In this document: positions 44,727-57,880 of the stretch, piece after piece
Layout: every line of letters begins with the position of its first letter
How positions within the stretch are numbered: position 1 is the stretch's first letter
Assembly: GCF_016433145.1 (NCBI RefSeq)
Contig: NC_058133.1
Coordinates: forward strand, 169,851,553-169,915,552
Source of the DNA: Gracilinanus agilis
Lineage: Eukaryota
Reading direction: 5' to 3'
DNA length: 64,000 bases
Program-made: the position numbers and the translations under genes
Notes under the pieces: model-generated
Seen by the model: the letters and a program-made list of their open reading frames with translations, nothing else
The model's database searches: none
What the model was told of the DNA's origin: nothing

Positions 44727-45869
44727 GTAAGTCCTTTGCTGCTGGGAGTTTGAGAGGGAAGGGGACTGAATAAAGAAAGGACTCGAGTCCTCTTATTCCA
44801 TTTAGCTTTTTAAAAAAATAATTTTATCTTACTTCTTTGGTCTCTCTCTTCTTTGGACCCCTTTTGTGGGGTCTCTCAGTCTGGGGCCCTCCATGAAGTC
44901 TCTCAGACTAGGACTCAGGTAGAAGGAGATAGGGACTCTTTGAGGAGCCCATCAAGGGCTGACTTCTATCTAGTTTCTATTGAAGAACAAGAGATCTTTG
45001 TCTGATATATCGAAGACCCTGAAACATGGGGCCAGGAGCTCCTGGAATATCAGCTCTCCATTATGGGAAGGAAGGTTTCCCAAGTGGTGGAGGCTTCTAA
45101 CTCTCTCTCTAAAGATCTCAGCCTGGGCGACATTGGGAATGCTGGGGAGCCAGAGAGAAATAAGGGTGATCTTCTCAGCTGGGTTGAAGGTGTGACTATT
45201 ATGGCACTATCTGGAGGAAGCTTAAAATAAATGAATCCTGAATCCTCATGAACTCTAAAGAAAGTGATTGGAATAATTTTGGCCTTTACACAAGGGTGGT
45301 GGTGGTGAGAGGGAGTAGTGCAAAGTCCTATGTGTAGGGATGAAGTTAGGCCCTGGCAAATAACAGGAGAGGGAGAGTGGGGTCCCAGTTTTTCTTCCCT
45401 ACTGATCCCTCCCACGCATTACAAGTAGAACTGGCTGGACTAGGCCACAGAGTGTCTCTCTGCCCCTAGCACCAGACTCCTTTGCCTACCTACCTTTAGA
45501 TCCAACCTGCCTGGATTGGTTTGGGTCTGTTTAGAGCCCAGGACTTGAATGAGATGACCTCAAGGATTTTTTTCTGTCCCAAGGCACCTGGTTCAATTCT
45601 AATCCCACTCCAGTAGGAAAGCTTCTTTTTAAAGTGGGAAATTTTGCTTCTTGAGTACATCTTATATGGGAAGGAATCCAAGAGAAAAAAAGGTCATGGA
45701 GGGAGCTCACAGTCTGATGAAGTCCCTGCTTTGGGGAAGCCCCCATCTGATAGGGAAGAGAGAGATGGCTCCTATAATCATGAATGAAAGTTGATAAGAT
45801 TGGGCACTGGATGAATTGTGGTTGTGAATGTGAAGACCAACGAATAGTACAATATAGCACAGGAAGGTG

Positions 45870-46095
45870 GCACCATATTGCTCTGGAATCAGGAAGACTC
45901 ATCTTGAATTCTAATCTGTCCTGAGACACTTAGTAGTTGTGTGTCCCATGGCAAATCACTTAACTCTGTTTGCCTCAGTTTCTTTATCTGTAAAGTGAGG
46001 TGGAGAAGGAAATGGCAAACCATTACAGTATCTTTGTCAAAAAACTTTAAATGGTATCATAAAGAGCCAAACACAACTGGACAACAACAACAATT
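45870..46095 (+). mobile_element. MAR1-type CORE-SINE in S100A2 intron 1
   Basis: ggagaaggaaatggcaaaccattacagtatctttg tail ending acaacaacaac. Confidence 0.8.
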
Positions 46096-46162
46096 TGGAT
46101 GGGTTAAAAAGGTTCATAAGGAGCCTGTGGAGGGCACCCTTTCTGCCTTGAGGACCTCCTAA

Positions 46163-46435
<273 letters not shown>

Positions 46436-46849
46436 TGATGGGGTAGGAGATACAGAGGAGGAATGATGAATTTAAGAGCCTAAACTAATTCTACTCAATT
46501 ATTTATTAATTCAGTTCATTCATTTAAGTTCTTACTTGAGAGAGGATGTTGTGCTAATTAATGGGATGAAGAAACCATTTCATCTCTCTCAAGATGAAAT
46601 GCTCTTTCAAGTTTATAATAAAAGGAGAAATGCAACACGTGCACAGATAAGTATGATGAGTCCAGGGAGAGTGGGAAATTCTTTCAAGTTTGAAAATGTC
46701 ATCACTTTCATTTGGGGGTAGGGAATTAGGGAAAGCTACGTGGAGGAGGTGGCACCTAAGCTGGTAGTGGAAGTGGAAGGAAGAAGATGTATACACTAGA
46801 AGCAAGCAAGGAAGGAATTCTAGGAATTCAGAGAGGGCCAACAGACAAC

Positions 46850-47090
46850 ATTTTGCTGTTCTGTCTGACTTTTCGTGACCCCATTTGGGGTTTTGTTGGC
46901 AAAGATGCTAGAGGGTTTTGCCATTTCCATCTCCAGCTCATTTTGTAGATGAAGAAACTGAGGCAGAGTGAAGTGACTTGTTCAGGGTCAAATAACTAAT
47001 ACATGTCTGAAGTCAGACATGAACTCAGAATGAGGAGTGTTCTTGACTCTAGGCCCATTACTCTAATCACTGTACTACCTACCTGCCATC
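46850..47090 (-). mobile_element. MAR1-type CORE-SINE in S100A2 intron 2
   Basis: Antisense tail gactttTcgtgaccccatttggggttttgttggcaaagat. Confidence 0.8.
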
Positions 47091-47684
47091 AACAGACAAA
47101 ATAATCCTCTTTTATTCCTGCTGGTGGCACAAATGATACAAAATGATAGAAAACCCCCAAATCACTTTTGGCCATAAAATACATGACGAGGTTGTTTTCT
47201 GACCACCCCTCACTCAGCAGACTTACCTGCCTCATTCATTTTGGTCCTTAGGCAAATTAAAGTGTGCCTTCATTTCTTGAGCTCACAATGACTGATTGTG
47301 GGAGGAGGAGGAGATGTAAGAGAGCTACCAGAGACAGGTAGGAGGCTGCCCTGGTGGGGACAGAAGTCAGTCAGAGACTAAGAATCTGCTTTCAGCAATA
47401 GAGGATTTACTGAATGGGATTTTTTTTTCTCATGCTCTTGCTTTTATTTTGACCAGAGCAGGTAGACTATAAGGAGATCAATCAGTCAATGAATCAATGA
47501 AAAGGCATTTAATACTGTAATCAAATACTTCCTTTGGGGTACTATGCTAGGTGCTGAGGATACAAAGGGAAAAAAAAGCAAGTCCCTTGACCTCAAGGAA
47601 CTTACATTCTATTGGAGAAGACAATATACACAACTATAAACAGGGTAGAACTGGGGGAAGAATGTTAGATTTGGAGACTCTTGA

Positions 47685-47925
47685 TTTGTTGTGGTTCAGT
47701 TGTGTCTGACTTTTTGTGATTCCATTTGGGATTTTCTGGGTAAAGATACTAGAGTGATTTGCCATTTCCTTTCTTAGCTCATTTTACAATGAAGAAACTG
47801 AGGTGAACGGTGTTAAGTGACTTTTCCAGGGTCACACAACCAGTAAGTTTCTGAGGCTAGATATAAACTCAGGTCTTCCTGACTCCAGACTGGGTGCTCT
47901 ATACACTGTGTTACCTTGATGCCCT
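47685..47925 (-). mobile_element. MAR1-type CORE-SINE in S100A2 intron 2
   Basis: Antisense MAR1 tail and CORE. Confidence 0.8.
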
Positions 47926-48435
47926 GAAGTGTCAGGGCCCTGAATTCAAATCCCAGCTCTGCCATTTAGTATTAGTGTGACCTTGGGCAAGTTACTCCAT
48001 CTCTCTGGGCCCTAATTTCCTCATGTGTAAGTTGGAATGGACCAGATGATGTCTCTGGTCCATTCCAACTCTTCATCTCCTTTCTCTGTGACCAAGCATA
48101 TGCAAAATTAATATAGGGTAGTGTTAGAAGAGAGGTTACTAGAGGCTCAGGGGAATCAGGAAAGGCTTTATCTAGAGGATGGTGTCTGAGCTAAGTCCTG
48201 AAGATTTGGATTCTAGGGTTGATGGATGGGGATGACGGGAGGGAAAGCCAAAATAAAGGCAGTGAAATTGATGTGGGTAAGAGCGAAACAGCAGGAAGGT
48301 CACTATGGCTGGACTATGGATTTTGGGAAGGGAAATAATATCTAATGAAGCTGGAGTGTATGTTGGGGCCAAATGGTGAATGACTTGAAATGCCAAACCA
48401 ACCTTTCTTATAAAGAGGAAACAGAAATAGGCAGG

Positions 48436-48657
48436 TAAAGCTGGGTATCTCAGTGGATTGAGAGCCAGGCCTAGAGGCGGGGAGGTCCTAGGTTCAAATC
48501 CGGCCTCAGACACTTCCCAGCTGTGTGACCCTGGGCAAGTCACTTGACCCCCCATTGCCCACCCTTACCACTCTTCCACCTAGGAGCCAATGCACAGAAG
48601 TTAAGGGTTTAAAAAAAATTAAAAAAAAAAAACAAAAACAAAAAATAAAAAAATAAA
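48436..48657 (+). mobile_element. Young short-tail SINE1_Mdo-like SINE
   Basis: cttccacctaggagccaatgcacagaagttaagggttt plus A-rich tail. Confidence 0.9.
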
Positions 48658-48843
48658 CTGAGTAGTGGAGCCTAGGGGAAGTCACAAAAGTCATAGGATC
48701 AGGTCATGTAGAGCTGGAAAGGATTTTAAAGCTTAACTGATCCAACCAACATTTTACAGATGAGAGAACAGACTCTATGAGATGACGTTCCCAACTAAAG
48801 ACACAGAGGTAGAAAGTAGCCAATGTGAACCCAGGGCTTCTGA

Positions 48844-49080
<237 letters not shown>

Positions 49081-49171
49081 AATAATATGACCACCCCTTT
49101 CCTACTTCCCTGCCCTATTCTGTTTCCCATGGCATCAATCTGCCCTAGGCTCAATGCATTGTTTTATATTC

Positions 49172-49177
49172 AATAAA
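49172..49177 (+). terminator. S100A2: Polyadenylation signal of S100A2
   Basis: AATAAA 92 nt after the stop codon. Confidence 0.75.
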
Positions 49178-50179
49178 GGTTTCTTTGAAGATAGAGTTAT
49201 GGCTACAAGGTGACATTCTCTAGAACGATGCTGACTGAGCCCTGCCATCCCTAACCCCTGAACCAACATTGCCCCAGGTCCCTTTGACTCAGCCAAGTTC
49301 CCTTGGACAGACCAACTAGCCTCAACTCCCAGTTCTAGACCTAGACTGTCCTTTGGTCTGGAATCCACTCTCATGAATCTCTACTCGGTATATCCTCACA
49401 ATGACTTTGCCCATGCTCCCCATTCCATTTCATTCTGAGGGTAATGTGCGTATAGAATAACTGAAAAGGGATTTAGGCAAAAGGGAAGACTGGGGACAAA
49501 GGAAGAGAGCAGCGGTGGCTCCCATATATATATATCATGCCCTGCCTCTTGCCTAATTCCTTTCTCTTCATCGTTGATTCTCTTAGTGAAGAGAAGCCAT
49601 GTTTCTTGGGGAAAGTTCAGGTTTCTACTTGCCTTGCAGAATCAGGCTAAGAACTGGGTCTGACCCTTGGGGATCTCTTGTATCCTCTTTGGAGGTCTCC
49701 TAAATTCATCTTCCTTCCCCCAAACCAAATCACTAAATTCAGAAGAGCTAAGACTGCCCTTCTACTTCATTTCTTTTAGACCTTAGGCACATAGGAAAGT
49801 ATCTGGGGACTCTATCCTTTCTGAATTTTTCCTAAGGTCAATCTCCAGAGACTGTTCCTGTACAGTGGAGAGGCTGCCTCCACCCACTCTGTATCTTTAA
49901 CATTTAATCACACTAATTGCCCCTAGCCTAGTTTCTCCAATGCCTTCTGGGTATTTGGTAAAAATTGTTTCCCCCTTTACAGCCCCAGAAATGTTCCTGG
50001 GCTTCTTTTGGACCCCAATCAGCAGTGATTTAAGCAGATATAAGGGTTAGAGGTTAGTTTTGAGTGTGGGTTTCTCTCCCAACCTTTATAGGCCTCCTCA
50101 GAATTCCTCTTAGTTATCAAGATGGATGAAAAGGCTAAAGAAGTGGGTATTTTTGTCAGCCTCTAGACCAAGAATTCTT

Positions 50180-50362
50180 TTTTTTTTTAAACCCTTGTAC
50201 TTCGGTGTATTGTCTCATAGGTGGAAGAGTGGTAAGGGTGGGCAATGGGGGTCAAGTGACTTGCCCAGGGTCACACAGCTGGGAAGTGGCTGAGGCCGGA
50301 TTTGAACCCAAGACCTCCCATCTCTAGGCCTGACTCTCAATCCACTGAGCTACCTAGCTGCA
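50180..50362 (-). mobile_element. Very young SINE1_Mdo-like SINE with perfect 17-bp TSD
   Basis: TSD ctagaccaagaattctt at 50163-50179 and 50363-50379; same diagnostic tail as 37637-37825. Confidence 0.95.
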
Positions 50363-50394
50363 CTAGACCAAGAATTCTTAACCTTCTTTCTATC

Positions 50395-50600
50395 CATGGA
50401 CTCCCCAAAGGGCCAATGGATAGGTTTCAATGTGTCCAAAAGCTTAGATAGAAAAAATTAGTTTTATTTCAATGAAATTGATTTCCTTTGTAATAATATC
50501 ATTTATTTAATGAATTAAAAAAATAATCTTCTAAGGAGGCATAAACTACTGCAGACTCCCAGAGGGTCTATGACACAACAAAGATCAACAAGAACTCCTT
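50395..50600. mobile_element. Old hAT (MER5/Charlie-like) MITE remnant
   Basis: tccatggactccccaaagggccaatggataggtttc...agagggtctatgacacaa resembles old Charlie-type MITEs; TIRs not clearly intact. Confidence 0.4.
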
Positions 50601-52438
50601 TAGGTCATGCTCACTCATGTAGGCCTCATGTGGCTTTAGGTTCTTGCAGGGTCAGTAGGCACTTAATATTGATTGAGTGAGGTGACTTTTGATTTAGATT
50701 TTTGACAAAAATTGAGCAATTTGAGGAGATTTGGACAGCAAATGGCTAATTGTGGGGACTGAATGAACCTCACTGAGTCCATCTAGTAACTCAATTCTAG
50801 CACTACCTTATTTCCCTTTCTATTCAATTCTGGGTCTAATTCAAATTCTGTCTTGTGAGAAAAGTTTATTTCATTGTAGGAATTGGTAGAAAACCTTATT
50901 GCATTGCTTGAACTGGACCTTCAGTACCTGCTGTTTAGAGACCTTTAACCAAGGAGTTAACAAAGAGTTTCTCATGTACATCTCAAGCAATTCACATGCC
51001 TTATCTGAAAACTGGCCCCATGCTGATCAATCAGCTATTATTTCCATTTTCCTTTGATTCTTTACAGACACTTGAAGGGAGTGGGACATCTCTTTTTTCT
51101 AAGTTCAGGGACTATACCTGTTTATTCTTCCCCTCCCAACTTGGAAAGTCCCTAATTTTTCCTCTAATTACAAATCAGATCACCTGTTGTATTGTTTCCT
51201 TTTAATGAATTGGTCTTATTTGATTAATTTTTTTACATTAGACAATTACCATGCATTGCTCAATGAATTGATATTTTTGAAGATTGAACCTTTCTTTCCT
51301 TAGTTATATCATCTTTCACTTGACACACAACCCCCTCCCCATCTCCACCTCTCAGTTTTAGTGTTAGAGATGTGGGTGAGGAAGAGCTCTTAGGATGGGG
51401 GTTCTAAGGAAAGGAGAGAGCAGAAAGGAGACAATAGGACACAGTGGAAAGGTCACCACTAATTTTGGGATCAGAGGATTTCTACTTGTGTGACCTTTAG
51501 AAAATCCCTTAAGATCTCTGGATTTGTGTCATCATCTGTGAAACAAGGGCCTCTCAGTGGCACTGGAAGTTCCTTCTAACTCTATGAACCTAAACTTAAG
51601 TGGGAAGAAGCTGGTATCTTTGGGAAGCTCTGGCCCACTGGAGGGGAATAAGCAAATAGCTATGAAATGTTATTTTAAAATGTGGTGGTACGTAGTGTCA
51701 AGGGGAGAAAGGTGTATGGATAGTCTCAGTCTTCTTCTAGGTTGGGACAATGAAGAATGTGGTGATTCTTGGGTTTTGCTGGAGGAAAGAGGTTCTCCAT
51801 GGCCATATCTATTTTCATGAACTGTCTTGGGCTCAAGACAAGACAGGGGTGGGGATTACCAGCTCAAGAAAGGGAGGTTGTCATAAGAAATAGACCTTAT
51901 TTGATAGAATATGTGTAAGTTGTCCGGTGAAAGGGAGATAGTAGGGGATATTTAGAGAGACGTGTGAGAGGAAGTAGAGGTGTCAGGGATGAACATGGGG
52001 TAGAATGCTGGGGAGAAGCCTGGCAGTGTGTGGGTGGCAGAAAAATGCTGAGAGGTATTGGGGAGGAGAAATGTCTGTAGGCACAGAGAAGAGGAATTGG
52101 GAAAGGAGAGGTCTAAGTATGTGGGGGAGAAGATGGGAGGAGTCTCCCTACCTGAGATAGTGTCAAGAGAAAGAGGTCTGGAGTTTATAATTATGGTACT
52201 GAGGCATAAATAGCCTTTGGGGTAAACCAAGAAGTAATTTTAGTTTATTCCTTTGCCTTGAAGCAGATTAAGAATGGATTATTCTCTTTTTTGCAATTCC
52301 TCTTTCACCTTCCCTCTGCTTCATTTTCATAAATCTACCATTAACTTTTTCCCCTGTAGATTTGGCTCATTGTTACTGAGAAGTAGCAGATCTTTAGTTG
52401 ACCTCTCTTTAATGGGCCACATCTAGAAATAGAGTAAT

Positions 52439-52502
52439 TTCTTCTTCTTCTTCTTCTTCTTCTTCTTCTTCTTCTTCTTCTTCTTCTTTCTTTCTTTCTT
52501 TC
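52439..52502. repeat. (TTC)n followed by (TTTC)n
   Basis: Seen directly. Confidence 0.97.
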
Positions 52503-52864
52503 AAAGCCCAGTCTCCTATTCCCAGGTTCTATTAGGGTGCGTGTGGGATGGAGGTTAGTAAAATTAAAAAAGAGGTCCCTGCATCAATGACATCACGGGT
52601 TTGCGCATCTTCCTTCAAAAAGGAGGTGGTTTAAGGCTTCTGGTTCTTCTATCCAAGTATCACCTTCTACAAGAGCCTACTTTCTCCTGGTTTTTAGTAT
52701 TCACTCCCTCTCCTTGAAAATTACTTGGTACTTACTTTTCTGTGTACCTGCTATTTCTTCATAGTAGAATGGAGAGAGTCAAGTGGAGAGATTAGATGTT
52801 AGCTCTGAATGTGGGCCTCTCCCAACCTCTATATCATATCCATCTTAGTCATTAGATTAAAAGG

Positions 52865-53239
52865 CTGAAGAAATCATTATTTTTGTTGAGTTCCCCGTTT
52901 TTGTTCTTATAGCCCCCTCTGCCTTGCATAACATCTGACATATAATAACAGTATAAAATAATATTTTAAAAATAAATTTTAAGTTATTTATTTAAAAATA
53001 AATTTTATGTTTTTTAAAAATGTTGCCACAATTTCCCCTACTATCCTTCCCNCTGAAGAAATCATTATTTTTGTTGAGTTCCCCGTTTTTGTTCTTATAG
53101 CCCCCTCTGCCTTGCATAACATCTGACATATAATAACAGTATAAAATAATATTTTAAAAATAAATTTTAAGTTATTTATTTAAAAATAAATTTTATGTTT
53201 TTTAAAAATGTCGCCACAATTTCCCCTACTATCCTTCCC
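52865..53239. other. 187-bp tandem duplicate separated by a single N (probable unmerged contig overlap)
   Basis: 52865-53051 = 53053-53239 except T53024/C53212; N at 53052. Confidence 0.85.
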
Positions 53240-53398
53240 CAGAGGAATTTTTCCCATATAACAAATGAAATTCTTAGAATCCCAAACAAAAAAAGAATAG
53301 GAAAGTATCAGCAAAACTGATCAATGCATCAAGAAAAGTCTGAAAATAAGTTTGATGTACCATATTCCTAGACCTCTTACCTCTACCAGGAGGCCTTA

Positions 53399-53402
<4 letters not shown>

Positions 53403-53483
<81 letters not shown>
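53403..53483. repeat. (TC)n microsatellite
   Basis: Seen directly. Confidence 0.97.
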
Positions 53484-53834
53484 TTCCTTAACCCTTACCT
53501 TCTGTCTTATTTTTTAAATTGTCCTAGATTGTATAAGTCAGTGTAGTAGATAGAGAAATGACCTTAGAGCCAGTTCTTCTCTTGACACATACCAATCGTG
53601 TGGCCTGGGGCAAGTCACTTAACATCTTCAAGCCTCTAGATAATTTTCCAAGACTGATAACTGCTCTGTAAGTTATAATCTGTGAGTCTAAAAGGGATTT
53701 GCCTTATCTAAAGTTTCCTGTACCAGGACAATTTTGAGGGATTTATGCCAAAGAGTGCTCTCCACTTCCAGGGAAAGAAATGTCAGAGTCAGAAGGCAGA
53801 TGAAAGCAGCTGATTTTCCACTTGTTAATTTGGA

Positions 53835-54047
53835 TTTATGCTTTGGGGTTTTGCTTTGATAAGATTATTCACTTACAAAAATGAACTATATGCAAATATG
53901 TTTTGCATGATAATACATGTATAACCCAGATAGAATCACCTGCCAGCACCAGGAAGGGAAAGGAAGGGAGGGAGGGAGATAAGGGATATAATTTATGAAA
54001 ACTTGTGTGGAAATTTGTTATTATATGTGGTTAGCAAAATTAAAATA
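53835..54047 (+). mobile_element. Older L1 3' UTR tip
   Basis: aatatgttttgcatgataatacatgtataaccc...ggaaatttgttattatatgtggttagc. Confidence 0.65.
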
Positions 54048-54670
54048 GCGTTCTTTCTCATAAGTCCCTCAGAGTTGTCCCGGATCATTGCATTGCTGCT
54101 AGTAGAGAAGTCCATTACATTCGATTGTACCACAGTGTATCCATCTCTGTGTACAACGTTCTCTTGGTTCTGCTCCTTTTGCTCTGCATCAATTTCTGGA
54201 GTTCACATGGAATTCCTCTAGTTCATTATTCCTTTGAGCACAATAGTATTCCATCACTAACAGATACCACAATTTATTCAATATTATGAATATTTTTGTA
54301 CAAGTCTTTTTCCTTATGATCTCTTTGGGGTATGAACCCAGCAGTGGTATGGCTGTATCAAAGGGCAGGCAGTCTTTTAAAGTCCTTTGAGCATAGTTCC
54401 AAATTACCATCCAGAATGGTTGGATCAGTTCACAACTCCACCAGCAATGCATTAATGTCCCTATTTTGCCACAATCTCTCCAACATTTATTACTTTCCTT
54501 TGCTGTCATGTTAACCAATCTGCTAGGTGTGAAATGATACCTCAGAGTTGTTTCTATTTGCATTTCTCTAATTATAAAAGATTTGGAATACTTTTTCATG
54601 TGCTTATTGATAGTTTTGATTTCTTTATCAGAAAATTGCATGTTCATGCCCCTTGCCCATTTATCAATTG
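54048..54670 (-). mobile_element. L1 fragment (ORF2 C-terminus plus part of the 3' UTR)
   Basis: Track ORF 54189-54824 contains IDKWA..MN.QFSDKEIKTINKHMKKYSKSFIIREMQIETTLRYH and TLMHCWWSCELIQPFW. Confidence 0.92.
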
Positions 54671-54672
54671 GG

Positions 54673-54844
54673 GACCTTACTTTCTGTTTTAGAATCAATC
54701 CTAAGTATTGGTTCCAAGGCAGAAGAGTGGTAAGGGCTAGGCAATGGGGATTAAATGACTTGCCCAGGGTCACATCAGATTGGAACCTAGGACTTCTTGT
54801 CTCCAGACCTGTTTCTTTATTCACTGAGCCACCTAGCTGCCCCC
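54673..54844 (-). mobile_element. SINE1_Mdo-like SINE
   Basis: Antisense copy; supplies the N-terminus of the chimeric track ORF 54189-54824. Confidence 0.85.
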
Positions 54845-54849
54845 ATATT

Positions 54850-55245
54850 TCAATTTTGAGCTGTGCTTGTTTTATATAATTTTGCAGTGCTCCCTTTGGA
54901 TTTTTTGGGGGGTGGTTCTTTCCATTGGCATTGTTTCTGTCACCATGAATATTGTTTTCTTGACTCTGCTTAGTTCACTCAGCAGCAAGTCATGTAGATC
55001 TTTCCATTTTTACTTGTAGTCATTATATTCATCATTTCTTACAGCATTGTAATGCTCCATTCTATTCAAATACCATAATTTGTTTAGCTATTTCCCCAAT
55101 CAAAAGGCGTATACTTGTTTCCAATTCTTTGTTACCACAAAAAGTATTGCTATAAATATTTTAGTGTACCTGGTGACTTTTTTAAAATCAATGACCTAGT
55201 GGTGGAATTTCTGGGTCAGAGAATATGGGCCTTTTAGTCACACGT
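54850..55245 (-). mobile_element. Older L1 3' fragment
   Basis: taccataatttgtttagctatttccccaat, ttgttaccacaaaaag, ggaatttctgggtcagagaatatg. Confidence 0.7.
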
Positions 55246-55654
55246 AGTAAGCGATTAATACATGGTTGTTCGATTGAATTAGATTGACTCAGCATTAAAT
55301 TGGTTGTATTTACTACTTAACTCAGAGATTGAGAGGAGAATGAGTTTCTTAGAGATGGAAGATTAGAAAACCTTCTTTAGTCCTCTGGCTGGAAGAGGAA
55401 GATTATTTAGGATAGTGACTTTTTATTCCAATTCTATTCATTCATTCCATATCTTTCTTCCACCACCAACTTTCTTTCTCAAACTTAAGCCTTCTATCTT
55501 CCCAAGAGTAGAGGGAAGAAAGTGGTTTTCTGTGTATTTTGTGGGATTGGGGCTGTTGTAAGAAGAGAAGGCTACCTCTTTTATCTGTAGAGAACAGAGG
55601 GTAACTCCAAGAAGAATCTCTTGGCTTGGGGATTTGTGAGATGTTCAGAGAGGA

Positions 55655-56195
55655 CTATCACCTCTGGTGTGAGGGCTTACCAAGCTTTTTTCAGGGTTGT
55701 TCATTCATCTTTGGTGTCTACCTTTCACCTAACTCTCACTGGTAGTTCCAAGAAGCTGTAGCATGTGCTGCAGCCACACCCCAGGAAAACCATGTAGACA
55801 AACAGGCTAAACCAGGCTGATGACAACTGACAGACCTCAAACTCTTGGTGAGTTAGGTGGATGTCTATCCCAAGCATGTGAAGACTTATCCCAGGGAGAA
55901 TGGTCAGATGAGAATAATTTGTTCCAACAGCCATGAAGGCAGTTGAAGCAGGCACTGTGGACTGATGAGAGCTTAGTCAGACATCAAAGATGTCAAAGAT
56001 CATCTACAGAATTTTAGGCCATCACCGATTGTCTTGACTTTTGTCTTGCCATTGAACTTGGAGGACTCTGGAAGAGAGGATGAAACTGATGACTTTGTGC
56101 AACTCTGCCTTACTTAAATCCAATTCATTTCCAAATCAAGACATCATCCTGTGATACCAATGGTCCTTTTAAAAAATCAAGGATAAACCACAACC
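55655..56195. mobile_element. RTE-related non-LTR repeat (WALLSI/RTE-SINE-like)
   Basis: gatgactttgtgcaactctgccttacttaaatccaattca...caagacatca is a recurrent marsupial RTE-associated motif; family assignment from memory. Confidence 0.5.
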
Positions 56196-56396
56196 TCTTG
56201 GCTTTCAGTAAACCTTCTCTTTCTATACTTCCCCTAATCAATGGGAAAGGAAATGGATTTCTGAAGTTGTCATTCTGTGCATATAAGAAATCAAAGAGAA
56301 TAATTTTTTCATAAAGCAAATCTTATTCAATATATAAAATTTTTAGGATCATAAAGTTGTCAACTATTCAGCAAACTAGTAAGCCCTTTGATTCTT

Positions 56397-56610
56397 TTTT
56401 TTTTTTTTTTTTTTTTTAAACCCCATACCCTCCTCTTGGAGTCAGTATTGTGTATTGGCTCCAAGACAGAAGAGTGGTAAGGGTAGGCAATGGGGATTAA
56501 GTGACTTGCCCAGGGTCAAATAGCTGGGAAGTGTCTGAGGTCACATTTGAACCTAGGACCTCTGGTCTCTAGGCCTGGCTCTCTATCCACTGAGCTACCC
56601 AGCTGCCCCC
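56397..56610 (-). mobile_element. SINE1_Mdo-like SINE with 16-bp TSD
   Basis: TSD aagccctttgattctt at 56381-56396 and 56611-56626. Confidence 0.93.
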
Positions 56611-57683
56611 AAGCCCTTTGATTCTTATTTCTCATCAACTCAGTTTTATTTATAGTTTAGTTTTTGAAAGATAATACCCACATTTTATGTTCAGTCCCTG
56701 GGTTGTTTCTTGCTTCAGATTTGAATGAGAATCTTGATTCACTAAATAAGTTTTTATAAGTGGAATGAAAGTTTTGTGCTATGAAGTAAGAATGAGATCT
56801 GTTTCTCCAAGGACACATTAAAAAGGTAACTTCATTGATTGGAAATTAATTTGGACTTATTGGCTATTTCAGAGATCAATTAGTTTATCTTTCACTGGGT
56901 CATTGTTGCTGAATCCAGATCACTGTGAAAAAAAATTTTGTATCCAAATCTCATTTATTTGATTTTGATCAGCAGAAATTATTTTTTCAACTCTTTCAAA
57001 ATGTTCACATGTATTCTCCTCCTTTCCCATCCTGCCCCTACTTCCTTATTTTTCTCTCTATAATCCACACTTTTTTCCTTTTTGCTTTCAGAATATTTCA
57101 ATTAGCTAACAGTTGTGTGACTCTAGGTAAGTCACTTAACCTTGTTTGCCTCAGTTTTCTTATCTGTAAAATGGGATGGAGAAGGAAATGGTAAACAACT
57201 GCAGTCCCTTTGCCAAGAAAACCTCAGATGGAGTTACAAAGAGTTGGATTGGACTGAAATGAATAACAACATCATTATTTGCCACTAATTTCCTGTACCC
57301 CTTTGACAAACTTGCCATATTCTGTGGGTGATACAAACACCCCTGTTTAGGAAACCCTAGTATAGACTTCAAAGGGTCTCATATTGCTTCCACCACCACA
57401 AAACAGCTGGCCAGAGTCCTACAGCGGTGATTTCTACCTCCAACTCTTAGAACTTCTTTATGGACTGTGGTTATCTCTTTTCTCAAAAGAATGATGCAAA
57501 GAGGTGGTGCTCCACCTTGAGATGGGTAACTGGGGGATAGCAGAGGGGGAAATGACATTATTGACATTCTTACAGTCTGTGAAACTTTCCTCTGAGAAGT
57601 AGTCTTCCCAGTTGATGACTTTCCTGAAGGTTCTTTGCTTTTTGTTTGGATTTATTCTGACCTAATCCCTGTGAGCTTTTTGT

Positions 57684-57685
<2 letters not shown>

Positions 57686-57714
<29 letters not shown>

Positions 57715-57880
57715 TTTACTCATAGGTGTATACAGATTTATAATATATAATATATAGGAATATATTATATGTGGTTGTAAATAATATATAAAAGTAAAAT
57801 GTATGCATGTATGTATATACATATGTATACAAGTACATTTATATTTTATATATATATATACATACATACATATTGTGTAT
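57686..57880. repeat. (AC)n followed by a TA-rich low-complexity tract
   Basis: Seen directly. Confidence 0.9.

Noticed and set aside
44778-44791. 14-bp perfect palindrome AGGACTCGAGTCCT in S100A2 intron 1
   Set aside because: About 4 such palindromes are expected by chance in 64 kb (64000/4^7); no other support.
53835-54670. Twin-priming (5'-inverted) L1
   Set aside because: The pieces are tail-to-tail rather than inverted-5' plus sense-3', look like different L1 subfamilies, and share no TSD.
54189-54824. 211-aa ORF as a novel gene
   Set aside because: Chance in-frame chimera of an antisense SINE and an L1 ORF2 C-terminal fragment.
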